Origin: Akkermansiaceae bacterium
GTDB lineage: Bacteria; Verrucomicrobiota; Verrucomicrobiia; Verrucomicrobiales; Akkermansiaceae
Assembly: GCA_051251915.1 (NCBI GenBank)
Contig: JBPOGF010000017.1
Coordinates: 1 to 64,000 of the forward strand
Reading direction: 5' to 3'
DNA length: 64,000 nt
Position numbers and translations under genes: made by a program. Of the stretch, positions 38,955 to 48,627 are shown one piece after another. The notes beneath the pieces were generated by a model, which was given only the letters and a program-made list of their open reading frames with translations, had not been told where the DNA came from and did not search any database. How positions within the stretch are numbered: the stretch's first letter is position 1; every line of letters starts with the position of its first letter.

Positions 38955-39818
38955 CTAACGGTGGATTTTATAGTTTTCACGGACATTCTGTAGATATTTC
39001 ATGTATTTTACTTTTGCCTCGTAATCTGGGTCTTGTTTGGGGTCTAGGAATGGGTTGTTTGTTCCGTATTGGGTCCATGGTCCTACTTTTGGGACTTCAT
39101 CAAAATCGATAAACCTCCAGTGTACTACTGAGCCGGATTTGATTTTCATGTAGTCTCTAACGGCTGGTGAGATGTCTAAGCCTGCATTTTTGTTTTGGGT
39201 ATTCTTAGGTTTCCTATTTCTAAATACATACATGAAGTCATCGGTGAAAAATGGCCCACAGTCTTCCCACTGGGCGTAGCAGACTTTTTTGTTTTGGACG
39301 ATTTTGATCCATCTGCCTTTGCAGGAGGTTTTGCCTGGTTCGGGGCTGACGCGGTTGAACCATGGGATGAGGGATTTGGCTTCTGGTTTGTGGAGTTTGT
39401 GGTTGATGCAGTCGTTGTAGGGGAGTGCGATGTAGAATGGGTTCTGGCGTGGGATGAACGCGGCGGGGCGATAGCCTGCACGTGCAGCGGGGTCTGGGTT
39501 GTCATAGCCGCCGTAGTTTTGTTGCCAGTTTCTGTCCCATGAGCTGGCGTGGTTTGGAGTGGGGTTTCTGGAGGTGGGTTTCTCTCCGATCCAGAATACT
39601 GAGACGGTGACGTTGAGATGCCAGGGGTAGTTGAGTTTTAAGAATGGGTTGGCTGGCTGGCTCTCGGGGTCAATGGTGCTGTTGGTGGATGTGGAGGGTC
39701 TTGAGGTTTGAGCACCTCCTGTGGGTGTACTGATGCTGGGGCCTTGTGCTGCTATGGGTAAGCTTTCGCTGAGGAAAACCAGCAAGGTTAGAGTTAAGAG
39801 GAATAATTGGGGTTTCAT
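38955..39818 (-). CDS. Secreted conserved hypothetical protein (possible double-psi beta-barrel)
   Basis: Signal peptide; NPFYIALPYND, CYAQWEDCGPF, AGLDISPAV. Confidence 0.65.
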   Translation of the reverse strand: MKPQLFLLTLTLLVFLSESLPIAAQGPSISTPTGGAQTSRPSTSTNSTIDPESQPANPFLKLNYPWHLNVTVSVFWIGEKPTSRNPTPNHASSWDRNWQQNYGGYDNPDPAARAGYRPAAFIPRQNPFYIALPYNDCINHKLHKPEAKSLIPWFNRVSPEPGKTSCKGRWIKIVQNKKVCYAQWEDCGPFFTDDFMYVFRNRKPKNTQNKNAGLDISPAVRDYMKIKSGSVVHWRFIDFDEVPKVGPWTQYGTNNPFLDPKQDPDYEAKVKYMKYLQNVRENYKIHR

Positions 39819-39830
39819 GGGGGTAAGTTT

Positions 39831-40427
39831 TTATCGGTTCTCTAGCCAGGTGATGACTTGCTGGAGAGCTTTGGCGCGGTGGCTGAGTTGGTTTTTGATG
39901 TCATCGCCGAGTTGCGCGAATGTTTTCTGGTAGCCTTCAGGGATGAAGAGCGGATCGTAGCCGAAGCCTTTGTCTCCGGTGAGCTCTGAGATGATAGTTC
40001 CTTCGGCGCTGCCGTCGAAGTGTGCGAGACGTTTGCCGTTTTCGGCGATAACCATTACGCATTTGAATCTTGCGGTTTTTGGTGTGGATGAAGGGAGTTT
40101 AGCGAGTTCGCTGAGGAGCTTGGCGTTGTTTGCCTCGTTGTCTCCATCTGTGCCTGCGTAGCGTGATGAATAGACGCCTGGTTCACCGTTGAGGGCATCT
40201 ACTTCTAGGCCTGAGTCGTCTGAGAGAATGATTCCGTTGGTGACTTTGCTTATTTCTACTGCTTTGAGTGTGGCGTTTTCTAGGAAAGTGGTGCCTGTTT
40301 CTGCTACGTCTGGGAAGTCTCCTGAGGTGAGATCTACTACCGCAAAGTGGGTTCCTAGCATCGACTGGATTTCACTGGTCTTATGAGTGTTACGCGTAGC
40401 AACGAGAAGTGGTGTGGCTGATGACAT
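39831..40427 (-). CDS. rdgB: Non-canonical purine NTP pyrophosphatase (RdgB/HAM1)
   Basis: ATRNTHK, ENATLKA, DDSGLEVDAL.GEPGVYSSRYAG, GFGYDPLF, SHR. Confidence 0.96.
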   Translation of the reverse strand: MSSATPLLVATRNTHKTSEIQSMLGTHFAVVDLTSGDFPDVAETGTTFLENATLKAVEISKVTNGIILSDDSGLEVDALNGEPGVYSSRYAGTDGDNEANNAKLLSELAKLPSSTPKTARFKCVMVIAENGKRLAHFDGSAEGTIISELTGDKGFGYDPLFIPEGYQKTFAQLGDDIKNQLSHRAKALQQVITWLENR

Positions 40428-40575
40428 AGTATACTTCTAGTGTGCTTAGGCTGGATTTCAAGAACAGATTCTCGATGTGGTGCTGCTAGAGCTTATGACA
40501 AGGTGTGTGAAAATAATGGCATAGTAATCGCTGGAAAATAAAATGATTATGTGTTAGTTTATGGCACTATAAATA

Positions 40576-41025
40576 ATGATTATTTCTTTCTACTCGAAGT
40601 CTCCCAATTATAGCTGGCTATCTAACTTTGCTCATTTCAAATTTGAGCTTGATGGTAAGGATTGGATGAGTGTGGAGCATTATTATCAGGCGATGAAGTT
40701 TGAGGATGAGGATTTACAGAACGAGGTAAGGTTGTCTAGCACTGCGCTGCATGCCCGTAAGATAGCTAAAAGCTGGAGTGCTAAGTCGAGGAGGGACTGG
40801 AGAACTGAGAAGGTAAAGGTGATGGCGAAGGGGCTGGAGGCGAAATTTACCCAGAACCTGGAGTTGCAGGAATGGCTTTTGAAGACGAATGAGGCGCCGT
40901 TAGCGCATATTGTTTCTAGCGATCTTTTCTGGGGAGTGAATCATGATGGGGAGGGTGCTAACATGCTGGGAGAGATGATAGAGTCGCTCCGGCAACGGTT
41001 GCGAAGGAAGTTAGAGGAGGGGTAG
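40576..41025 (+). CDS. NADAR (YbiA-like) family protein
   Basis: LSNFA, SVEHYYQAMKF, AKFTQN..L...LLKT, FWG...GEGANMLG. Confidence 0.9.
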   Translation: MIISFYSKSPNYSWLSNFAHFKFELDGKDWMSVEHYYQAMKFEDEDLQNEVRLSSTALHARKIAKSWSAKSRRDWRTEKVKVMAKGLEAKFTQNLELQEWLLKTNEAPLAHIVSSDLFWGVNHDGEGANMLGEMIESLRQRLRRKLEEG

Positions 41026-41043
41026 CTGTAGTGGCTATTTAGA

Positions 41044-42720
41044 TTATTCTTTGTGGCCGCCTTCTTCCATGGAGAGGATGGCGTCTACCATTTGTGAGAT
41101 CTGTTCCTCGCTGTATTGTGGGTTTGGAGGCATAGGGACATCTCCCCAGACTCCAGCTCCGCCTTTGAGGATCTTGGCTGCTAATATGTCTTCTGCGCCT
41201 TTCTTTCCACGGTAGCGGTCTGCGACATCGATGTAGCGTGGTCCGACTGATTTTTCTTGGGTTTGGTGGCAGGATAGGCAGGTGGCTTCTGCGAGGAGTT
41301 GGGTGCCTGGATGTTCTTTGGGAAGGCCAGCGAGGCGCTCGTCCACTGCATCGGCATCGATGAGTTCTTTGCCTTCTTTTGAGAAAGTTACTTTTTTGAG
41401 TGTGCCGTTTTTGTTGTCATACCAGCCTTTGCCGTATTCTAGGACATACATGGTTCCGTCTGAGCCGAGTTCGACGTCTGCGGGGTGGATGAATTTCTTG
41501 CTGTGGAGCCAGTTTTTCTTCCATTCCATTTTGCCGGATTTATCGATTTTGGTGAGTTGCATTTTGCCGTTGTTCCAGTCAAAAGTGATGAGGCATCCGT
41601 CTAGCTCGCGAGGGAGTTTTTGGTCGGAGTCTGCGTGGTCATCGTAGTAGTAGACTGGGCCGGCGCAGTAGCATGAGCGGTTCTCAAACCAGAGTGGCTC
41701 TTGAGCTTCAGGGAGCCTTTCGAGTCCTGTGTTGAGGCGGGAGTTGTTGACTGGCTTTTTAGGGTCAAATTTTTCGCCTACTTTATTGGTTTCAAAATCA
41801 TATTCAGCGTAGGGTTTGTTGTCAGCTACGAAGTATGGCCAACCGTAGTTGCCGGCTTTTGAGGCTTGGTTGATTTCGCAGTATCCTCTGGGGCCTCTGC
41901 TAGTTTCTTTGCGTGCATCTGGTCCTACTTCTCCCCAGTAGAGGGTTCCGTTTCTTTGGTCTACGCCGATTCTCCATGGATTACGGCAGCCCATGATGTA
42001 GATTTCTGGTAGGGTTTTGGAGGTTCCTCTGCGGAAGAGGTTTCCAGTTGGGATGGTGTATTTGCCGTTTGATGTAGGGGTGATTCTGAGGACTTTGCCT
42101 CGGAGGTCGTTGGTGTTGCTGGCGCTGCGCTGGGAGTTTTCGTGTTCGTGGTCTTTACGTTCGTCTAGTGGTGGGTAGCCTTTGGCTGGGAATGGTGCGC
42201 TGTTGTCTCCAGTGGAGATGAATAGGTTTCCTTTGTGGTCGAATGCGAGTGATCCGCCTTCGTGGCAGACTCCGTCTTTGCGGGACTGTGGAATCTCTAG
42301 CATTATTTTTTCTTGGCTGACCTTGCCTTTTTTGAATGTGAATCGAGATAGGCGGTGGACTTCTGGGCTTTTTGGTGAGTAGTAGACGTAGAACCAACCA
42401 TTTTTCATGAAGTTGGGGTCTGCGGTGATTCCTAGGAGTCCGGTTTCACGTGAGTGTTTTTCTTTTTTGACTTTGGTCAGGACTGAGACTTCGAATTGTT
42501 TGATGACTTGTGTTTCACCGGTTTTAGGAGAGTACCATTTGAGTGCTCCTGTGCGCTCGGTGATGAAGATGTCGCCGGTGGGAAGGGTGGTGATTTCCAT
42601 GGCGTCCACTAAGTTTGTGGCGAGGGTTTCTACTTTGAAGAATTCGTCACTAGGTATGTCGCTTGCCGCGAATGCTTTGACGGAGAGAAGAAGACTGAGG
42701 GTTATAGATTGAATTTTCAT
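41044..42720 (-). CDS. Glucose/sorbosone (PQQ-type) dehydrogenase beta-propeller with C-terminal cytochrome c
   Basis: ETGLLGI..DPNF, HEGGSL.F, GKVLRI, GCRNPWR, GNYGWP; CLSCH...GP...MPP. Confidence 0.88.
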   Translation of the reverse strand: MKIQSITLSLLLSVKAFAASDIPSDEFFKVETLATNLVDAMEITTLPTGDIFITERTGALKWYSPKTGETQVIKQFEVSVLTKVKKEKHSRETGLLGITADPNFMKNGWFYVYYSPKSPEVHRLSRFTFKKGKVSQEKIMLEIPQSRKDGVCHEGGSLAFDHKGNLFISTGDNSAPFPAKGYPPLDERKDHEHENSQRSASNTNDLRGKVLRITPTSNGKYTIPTGNLFRRGTSKTLPEIYIMGCRNPWRIGVDQRNGTLYWGEVGPDARKETSRGPRGYCEINQASKAGNYGWPYFVADNKPYAEYDFETNKVGEKFDPKKPVNNSRLNTGLERLPEAQEPLWFENRSCYCAGPVYYYDDHADSDQKLPRELDGCLITFDWNNGKMQLTKIDKSGKMEWKKNWLHSKKFIHPADVELGSDGTMYVLEYGKGWYDNKNGTLKKVTFSKEGKELIDADAVDERLAGLPKEHPGTQLLAEATCLSCHQTQEKSVGPRYIDVADRYRGKKGAEDILAAKILKGGAGVWGDVPMPPNPQYSEEQISQMVDAILSMEEGGHKE

Positions 42721-42826
42721 GGGTTTTGAAATCGGACATTAATGTCGAACTAATTTAGCAAACACCAAAAATGAGCCAAAACAAGGAAAAGGTTTGGGTT
42801 TGAGTGTTTTCTGATGAAGGGGAATG

Positions 42827-43735
42827 CTAGCCGATTGGGGAAATGTAGTAGCTACTGGATATGCCTTCGATGTCGTGATGGTATAGGAAACAGTTTGAAT
42901 CTGCGGCTTGGATAGCGTTGATCATTTGTGGTAGTTCCTCGTGGGTGATGATGGTTCTTACGATGCTGAATGATTCTCCTGTGTGACCGCCGGTGCCCTT
43001 GTGTAGTGTGTATGTGCGGTGGGCTTTAGTGGATGTGATGGCGGTCCCTACTGCTTCTTGCTTGCGGGTGATCACTGCCAGCATGGTGATTTTAAATTTG
43101 CGATAGAAGTTGTTTAAGGTTTCTGCGGAAACGAAGATGTAGATGCCAGTGTACATGAGGGTGTTGATGACGGCTTCAAAATCTCCATTTTTTAGGAAGT
43201 CTAGGCTGAGGCCGAATGTGGTAGAGACGATGGAGGCGATGATGGCGATGGAGCCGACTGGTTTTAAGTATTTCACGGCGAAGTAGGCTCCGAGGATATC
43301 TTCGTCACCTGTGGAACCGCGGCTTTTGAATGCGATGGCTTTACTGCCTCCGGCGAGAATGCCGCCGAATAGGACTAGGATGATGCGTTCGTTTTGGGAT
43401 TCGGGTTGTGCGAAACTGAGCTCGGGGAGGATGATGAGGCCTAGTGTGACCATGGTTACGACGAGCAGTGATCGCCGAGCAAAAACGCGGCTGACTTTAG
43501 CGAAGGCGAAGGTGAGTAGACCGGCTTGGAAGATGAGGTAGAGGGTGATGAATAGCCAGTAGCTGTCGAAGTAGTATGAGAATGCTGTGGCGATGCCCTC
43601 GGTGCCTGTTAGGATGACTTTCGATGGGAGGACGAAATATTTTAGCGCGATGGCGTAAAGTACTCCAGCGAGGATGATGAGGCTGTAGTCTTTTACTAGG
43701 TGTTGTGGCTGGATTTGGTGAGTCGGGGTGGTCAT
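42827..43735 (-). CDS. YitT family membrane protein (DUF2179 C-terminus)
   Basis: Several TM helices, TGTEGI, GSTGDEDI, soluble C-terminal domain. Confidence 0.8.
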   Translation of the reverse strand: MTTPTHQIQPQHLVKDYSLIILAGVLYAIALKYFVLPSKVILTGTEGIATAFSYYFDSYWLFITLYLIFQAGLLTFAFAKVSRVFARRSLLVVTMVTLGLIILPELSFAQPESQNERIILVLFGGILAGGSKAIAFKSRGSTGDEDILGAYFAVKYLKPVGSIAIIASIVSTTFGLSLDFLKNGDFEAVINTLMYTGIYIFVSAETLNNFYRKFKITMLAVITRKQEAVGTAITSTKAHRTYTLHKGTGGHTGESFSIVRTIITHEELPQMINAIQAADSNCFLYHHDIEGISSSYYISPIG

Positions 43736-43757
43736 ATGTTAGTGGGTGGGAAGCGGC

Positions 43758-44051
43758 TTATTTGTTGTCGTGCCTCCAGATGTGGTGGACGATTTCTTGG
43801 TAGATTTTTTCGGGTAGTTCTTTGTAGGGTTTGATTAAGAAATCGTCGAAATGCTGGGTGGATTCGTGGTGCTCTGAGCCGAGTCCCATTTCATCGCCTT
43901 TTTTCCAATGCATGCCTTCTGGTAATGGGAGGTAAAAGCTCCAGTGCACGGTTCTATCATCAAATTTGAGATCGATATAATAGGATGGATCGACTTTGGA
44001 TTTTTTTTCACGGGCAATTTCTTCAGCTGATGGTGGGTATCTGAATCGCAT
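43758..44051 (-). CDS. hypothetical protein
   Basis: 97-aa ORF preceded by TTGAAA-16 nt-TACAGT-6 nt-ATG. Confidence 0.6.
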   Translation of the reverse strand: MRFRYPPSAEEIAREKKSKVDPSYYIDLKFDDRTVHWSFYLPLPEGMHWKKGDEMGLGSEHHESTQHFDDFLIKPYKELPEKIYQEIVHHIWRHDNK

Positions 44052-44113
44052 AGCATGACTGTAGAATGGAAGTTGGTAATTTCAAGTGGTATGAGAAGGA
44101 GAAATGGATGCAC

Positions 44114-44157
44114 AAAGCCCCTCGAAGTAAACCTAGGGAAGGTCTACGACGAAGGGC
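44114..44157 (-). terminator. long hairpin downstream of the RND operon
   Basis: minus strand GCCCTTCG-tc-GTAGACCT-TCCCT-AGGTTTAC-tt-CGAGGGGC-TTT. Confidence 0.6.
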
Positions 44158-44188
44158 CGCGTGAAAGTGTCTGATTAGTATCTAGTAA

Positions 44189-47100
44189 TTACTCAGCGGC
44201 GGGTTCGGTGGACTTTTGCTTCACTCCCTTTCTTACGAGGACGTAGAAGAGTGGGGCGAAGAAGACGCCGAGTAGGGTAACGGCGGTCATGCCGAAGAAT
44301 ACTACGGTTCCGAGTGCCTGACGCATTTCGAATCCTGGGCCGGTAGCGATGACCAATGGAATGACTCCGAGGATGAAGGCGAAGGCGGTCATGATGATGG
44401 GGCGTAAACGTAGTCTGGCGGCTTCTAGAGCAGCTTCGAATCTGTTCTTGCCTTCGTCTTCGAGTTGCTTGGCGAACTCAACGATGAGGATGGCATTTTT
44501 AGAGGCCAATGCGATGAGCACTACGAGTCCGACCTGGGTGAGGATGTTGTTATCCATTCCTCTGAGGTGAACTCCCCAGATGGCGCCAGCTAGACAGAGT
44601 GGAACGGTGAGCACAACGGCGAGTGGCATGCCCCAAGATTCATACTGAGCGGTGAGCAGGAGGAAGACGAAGAAGATAGCAAGGAGAAATACTACCGTGG
44701 GGCTGGTGCCTGGTTTTTTCTCTTGGTATGCGAGTTCTGTCCACTCGTAGCTGATGCCTGGAGGTAAGATTTCTTTCGCAAGGCGATCCATGGTGTCTAG
44801 TGCTTGACCTGTGCTGACTCCTGGTGTGGGTGTTCCTAGTAGGTCAGATGATGAGTAGAGGTTGTGCCTAACTACGCGGTCTGGACCTGTGGCGGTCTTC
44901 ATGGTGATGAAGGAGCCGAGTGGTACCATTTCACCTGTTTTGTTTTTGACCTTTAGTTTGGTGATGTCGTCCGCGACTTCACGGAAGTTTCCGTCTGCTT
45001 GGGCGGTGACTCGGAAGGTTCTGCCGTAGAGGTTGATTTCGTTGATGAATGAGCTACCGAGCTGAGTTTCCAAGGTGCTGAAAACTTCTGTGAGGTTGAT
45101 GTCTAGCATCTGTGCTTTTTCACGGTTGATGTCTGCGTAGAGCTGTGGAGACGATGCCGAGTATGGAGTGAATGCCATGGCAATGGTCGGATCAGCGGTG
45201 GCTGCAAACGCTAGCTGCCAAGTGGCTTCTTCTAGGGCCTTGTAGCCTAGACCTGCGCGGTCTTGGATTTCCATTTTGAAACCGCCTCCTCTGCCGAGTC
45301 CGCGGACTGTGGCGGGTGGGATGACGAAGGCGATGGCGTCTTGTTTGGCGGCGACTTGTTGGATTTTAGCGTAGATGGCATTTGCTGTAGTGTCAGCGGT
45401 GGTGCGATCTGCGAAGTCATCAAACGGGGTGAAAATCACGAATGAGTTTGATGAGTTAGAGAATGTGGCGCCATTGAAGCCAGCGAAGGCTACGGTGTGC
45501 TTGACTCCTTTGACATCGAGGACGTCTTTGATGAGATTTCTAGCTAGTTCGTCAGTTTTGGAGAGCGCCGTTCCTGGTGGGAGCTGGACTGCAACGATGG
45601 AGTATCCTTGATCTTGAGATGGGATGAATCCGCCTGGAACTGTCTTGAAGCCAGAGTATGCGAGATACATGAGTCCGCCGTAGAGGAGGAGCATGATGAA
45701 TGCCATGCGGACTACGCGCTTGATGGTCCATGAATAGGCACCAGTGAATTTATCGAAGACCCAGTTGAAGAGCTTGAAGAACCATCCGAATAGGAAGTTG
45801 ATAATGCGGCTGAGGAAGTCTGGCTTGGCATTATGGTTTCTTAGTAGCAATACGCTGAGTGCTGGTGAGAGGGTGAGCGATACGAGTGCTGAAATACTGG
45901 TGGATGTGGCAATGGTGACAGCGAACTGTCTGTAGAACTGGCCGGTGATCCCACTGATGAATGCAGTAGGGATGAATACTGCGAGGAGCACGAGTGCGGA
46001 TGCGATGAGGGCGCCGGAGACTTCTGCCATGGCGCGTCTGGTGGCTTGTCTTGGCTCCATGCCGTCTTCGAGGTTACGCATGACATTTTCTACTACCACG
46101 ATGGCGTCATCAACGACGATACCAATGGCGAGAACGAGTCCGAAGAGGGTGAGGTTATTTACGGAGTACCCGAGTATCTGCATGACGGCGAATGTGCCGA
46201 TGAGTGAGATGGGGATGGCGATGACGGGGATGATGGCGGCTCTCCATGACTGGAGGAAGACGAGCATGACGATGACGACGAGGAATACGGCTTCCACGAG
46301 TGTGTGGAGCACGGCGTCGATGGAGTTGTCGATGAATTGTGTAGGATCATAGACGATTCTGTATTCGAGGCCTTCTGGGAAGTCCTGGGCGAGGTCGTTC
46401 ATGGCGGTGCGGATTTCTTCTGCGGTTTCGAGTGCGTTAGAGCCGGGTCGCTGGAAGATGGGAAGAGCTACGGTTCTGTCGTTGTCTAGGTAGGCATTGA
46501 CTCCGTAGTCAACGGCGCCAAGTTCGATTCTGGCGACGTCTTTGAGGTAAACTACTTTTTGGTCACCGGTGCTTTTAACGATGATGTTTTCAAACTCACC
46601 TTGCTCGGAGAGTCTGCCTGTGGTGGTGACGTTGAGCTGGAGGGGGACTTTGTTAGGGATGGGTTCTTGACCGATGATGCCGGCTGCGACTTGGACGTTT
46701 TGGGATCTTAGGGCTGTGAGGACTTCGGTGGTGGAGAGCTTGTAGAAGTCCATGCGTTCTGGGTTTAGCCATACTCGCATGGAGTATTCACGGCCACCGA
46801 AGAGGCGGACTTCACCGACGCCTTCGACACGGCGGAGGCGTTCACGGACTTGGAGTAGCGCGTAGTTTGAGACGTAGAGGGTGTCAAATGTCTTATCTGG
46901 CGAGAGCATCTGGACGACCATCATGAGGTCTGGTGAGGACTTGTTTACTGTGATACCAATCTGGCGAGTAGCAGCGGGGAGGCGGGACTCGGCGATGGCG
47001 ACACGGTTCTGAACGAGGACCTGAGCGGCATCTAGATCAGTGCCTAGCTCGAAGGCAACGGTGAGGGTATAAACACCATCAGCGGTGCTGGATGAGTTCA

Positions 47101-47341
47101 TGTAGAGCATGCCCTCGGTGCCGTTTACTTCCTGCTCGATAGGGGCGGCGATGGTGTTGGCAAGGACGTCTGGGCTGGCGCCAGAGAGGACGGCAGTAAC
47201 GACCACTGTGGGTGGTGCTACTTCTGGGAACTGAGATACGGGCAGTGTCCTAAATGCTAGGAAGCCGACGAAGGTGATAATCAACGATATGACCGTGGCG
47301 AAACGGGGTCTATCGATGAAGAAATTAGCGAAGTTCTTCAT
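44189..47341 (-). CDS. RND efflux transporter permease subunit (HAE1, MexF/BpeF-like)
   Basis: FFIDRPRFA, LPVSQFPEVAPP, IGIVVDDAIVVVEN, KNAILIVEFA, RLRPIIMT. Confidence 0.97.
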   Translation of the reverse strand: MKNFANFFIDRPRFATVISLIITFVGFLAFRTLPVSQFPEVAPPTVVVTAVLSGASPDVLANTIAAPIEQEVNGTEGMLYMNSSSTADGVYTLTVAFELGTDLDAAQVLVQNRVAIAESRLPAATRQIGITVNKSSPDLMMVVQMLSPDKTFDTLYVSNYALLQVRERLRRVEGVGEVRLFGGREYSMRVWLNPERMDFYKLSTTEVLTALRSQNVQVAAGIIGQEPIPNKVPLQLNVTTTGRLSEQGEFENIIVKSTGDQKVVYLKDVARIELGAVDYGVNAYLDNDRTVALPIFQRPGSNALETAEEIRTAMNDLAQDFPEGLEYRIVYDPTQFIDNSIDAVLHTLVEAVFLVVIVMLVFLQSWRAAIIPVIAIPISLIGTFAVMQILGYSVNNLTLFGLVLAIGIVVDDAIVVVENVMRNLEDGMEPRQATRRAMAEVSGALIASALVLLAVFIPTAFISGITGQFYRQFAVTIATSTSISALVSLTLSPALSVLLLRNHNAKPDFLSRIINFLFGWFFKLFNWVFDKFTGAYSWTIKRVVRMAFIMLLLYGGLMYLAYSGFKTVPGGFIPSQDQGYSIVAVQLPPGTALSKTDELARNLIKDVLDVKGVKHTVAFAGFNGATFSNSSNSFVIFTPFDDFADRTTADTTANAIYAKIQQVAAKQDAIAFVIPPATVRGLGRGGGFKMEIQDRAGLGYKALEEATWQLAFAATADPTIAMAFTPYSASSPQLYADINREKAQMLDINLTEVFSTLETQLGSSFINEINLYGRTFRVTAQADGNFREVADDITKLKVKNKTGEMVPLGSFITMKTATGPDRVVRHNLYSSSDLLGTPTPGVSTGQALDTMDRLAKEILPPGISYEWTELAYQEKKPGTSPTVVFLLAIFFVFLLLTAQYESWGMPLAVVLTVPLCLAGAIWGVHLRGMDNNILTQVGLVVLIALASKNAILIVEFAKQLEDEGKNRFEAALEAARLRLRPIIMTAFAFILGVIPLVIATGPGFEMRQALGTVVFFGMTAVTLLGVFFAPLFYVLVRKGVKQKSTEPAAE

Positions 47342-47379
47342 GGTGAAATTTAGATGAAATTAGTGAGTGGAAATGTTGG

Positions 47380-48600
47380 TTACTGAACGGTTTCAGCTTT
47401 TTCTGGGGAAGCTTTTGTTGTGGCTTCAGGAGCTGGGGGTAAGGTTTTTTCCTCTACCATTGGGACATCGATGGGGCTCATTGGTGTCTGAGGGCGGATG
47501 AATTGGATTCTGCCGACAGCGATTTTATCTTCAGTGGTGATTCCTGATTTGACGACGCGGAGGTCGGTGAGTTGCTTGCCTACTTCCACGTAGGTTTTCT
47601 TGAGGGTGTTGTCTGGCTGAAGAACCCAGGCGAAGCGTTTGTCTTGGTCGAAGCCGAGTGCGCTTTCTTTAACGAGGATGAATTGTTGTTTCTCGCCAAC
47701 TGGGATTTGCACGCGGGCGAATAATCCAGGGGTAAGGAATTTGTTTTTGTTTTCTACGAGTGCGCGGAGTTGTAGGGTAGCTGTTCCTTCATCGAGAGTG
47801 TTGTTGGCGAAGTCGATCTCGCCTTCGAATTCGTATTCATCGGAATCTGAAACGGCGATTTTAACTTTCTGGCGTTTGCCGTCACGACCTTCTGATTTAC
47901 CGTTGAGGAAGAGGCGGGTGAAATCTAACACTTGGCGTTCATCGACCTCGAAGTAGCAGAAGATAGGGTCTTGGGCGACGATGGATGTTAGGACTTGAGC
48001 GCCGGCATTTCCGCCAGAGATGTAGTTGCCGCGTGTGACGAGGCGCCTACCTGCGATGCCTGAGATGGGGGCGTTAATGTCTGCGTAGTCGCGGTTGAGC
48101 TGGGACTGGTCTAGCTGTGCTTGAGCTGACTTTAAGTTGGAAACAGCTTGGTCGTATTCGGCTTGTCTGACGTCGAGTTCTTCACGGGAAATTGCGTTTT
48201 TAGCGACTAGTGAGGTTGCTCTTGTGAGGCTTGATTTAGCGAGTTTGATGGAGGTTTCTATCTGAGCGATGCGGGCTTTAGCGATGGCTATTTCTGCATC
48301 AAATAGTGAGGGGTCGATGCTGAACATGGGCTGACCTTCCTTGATTTCTTGACCTTCTTGGAAGTGGATTTTATCGATGTAGCCGGAGACGCGTGAGCGG
48401 ATTTCGACCTGCTCTTTGGCTTCGAATCTACCGGTGTAGGTTTCAGTGAGCTTGATTGATTTCTTAATGGGCGCTGCAACGGTGACTGGCATTGGGCCTT
48501 GTGGTTGTTGCTGAGCTTGCTGCTCTTTCTCTGAGCATGAGGAGAGGGAAATGGCTGCTAGGGCGGAAAGCAGGGTGAGTGGTGATGTGTAGAATTTCAT
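47380..48600 (-). CDS. RND efflux periplasmic adaptor subunit (lipoprotein)
   Basis: Lipobox LSSC, VEIRSRVSGYI, INAPISG, LTPGLFARV. Confidence 0.95.
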   Translation of the reverse strand: MKFYTSPLTLLSALAAISLSSCSEKEQQAQQQPQGPMPVTVAAPIKKSIKLTETYTGRFEAKEQVEIRSRVSGYIDKIHFQEGQEIKEGQPMFSIDPSLFDAEIAIAKARIAQIETSIKLAKSSLTRATSLVAKNAISREELDVRQAEYDQAVSNLKSAQAQLDQSQLNRDYADINAPISGIAGRRLVTRGNYISGGNAGAQVLTSIVAQDPIFCYFEVDERQVLDFTRLFLNGKSEGRDGKRQKVKIAVSDSDEYEFEGEIDFANNTLDEGTATLQLRALVENKNKFLTPGLFARVQIPVGEKQQFILVKESALGFDQDKRFAWVLQPDNTLKKTYVEVGKQLTDLRVVKSGITTEDKIAVGRIQFIRPQTPMSPIDVPMVEEKTLPPAPEATTKASPEKAETVQ

Positions 48601-48627
48601 GTTGTCTGGTGATTTGAATGGGGTGAA

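Noticed and set aside
40576..41025. NADAR gene as part of a DarT-NADAR toxin-antitoxin or defence system
   Set aside because: No ADP-ribosyltransferase partner is adjacent; it looks like a stand-alone YbiA-like gene.
1934..44157. Intergenic hairpins as a REP family serving the RAYT
   Set aside because: The hairpins at 1937, 11441, 27924, 29607, 32556, 36410 and 44117 share no common sequence, and most fit terminators.
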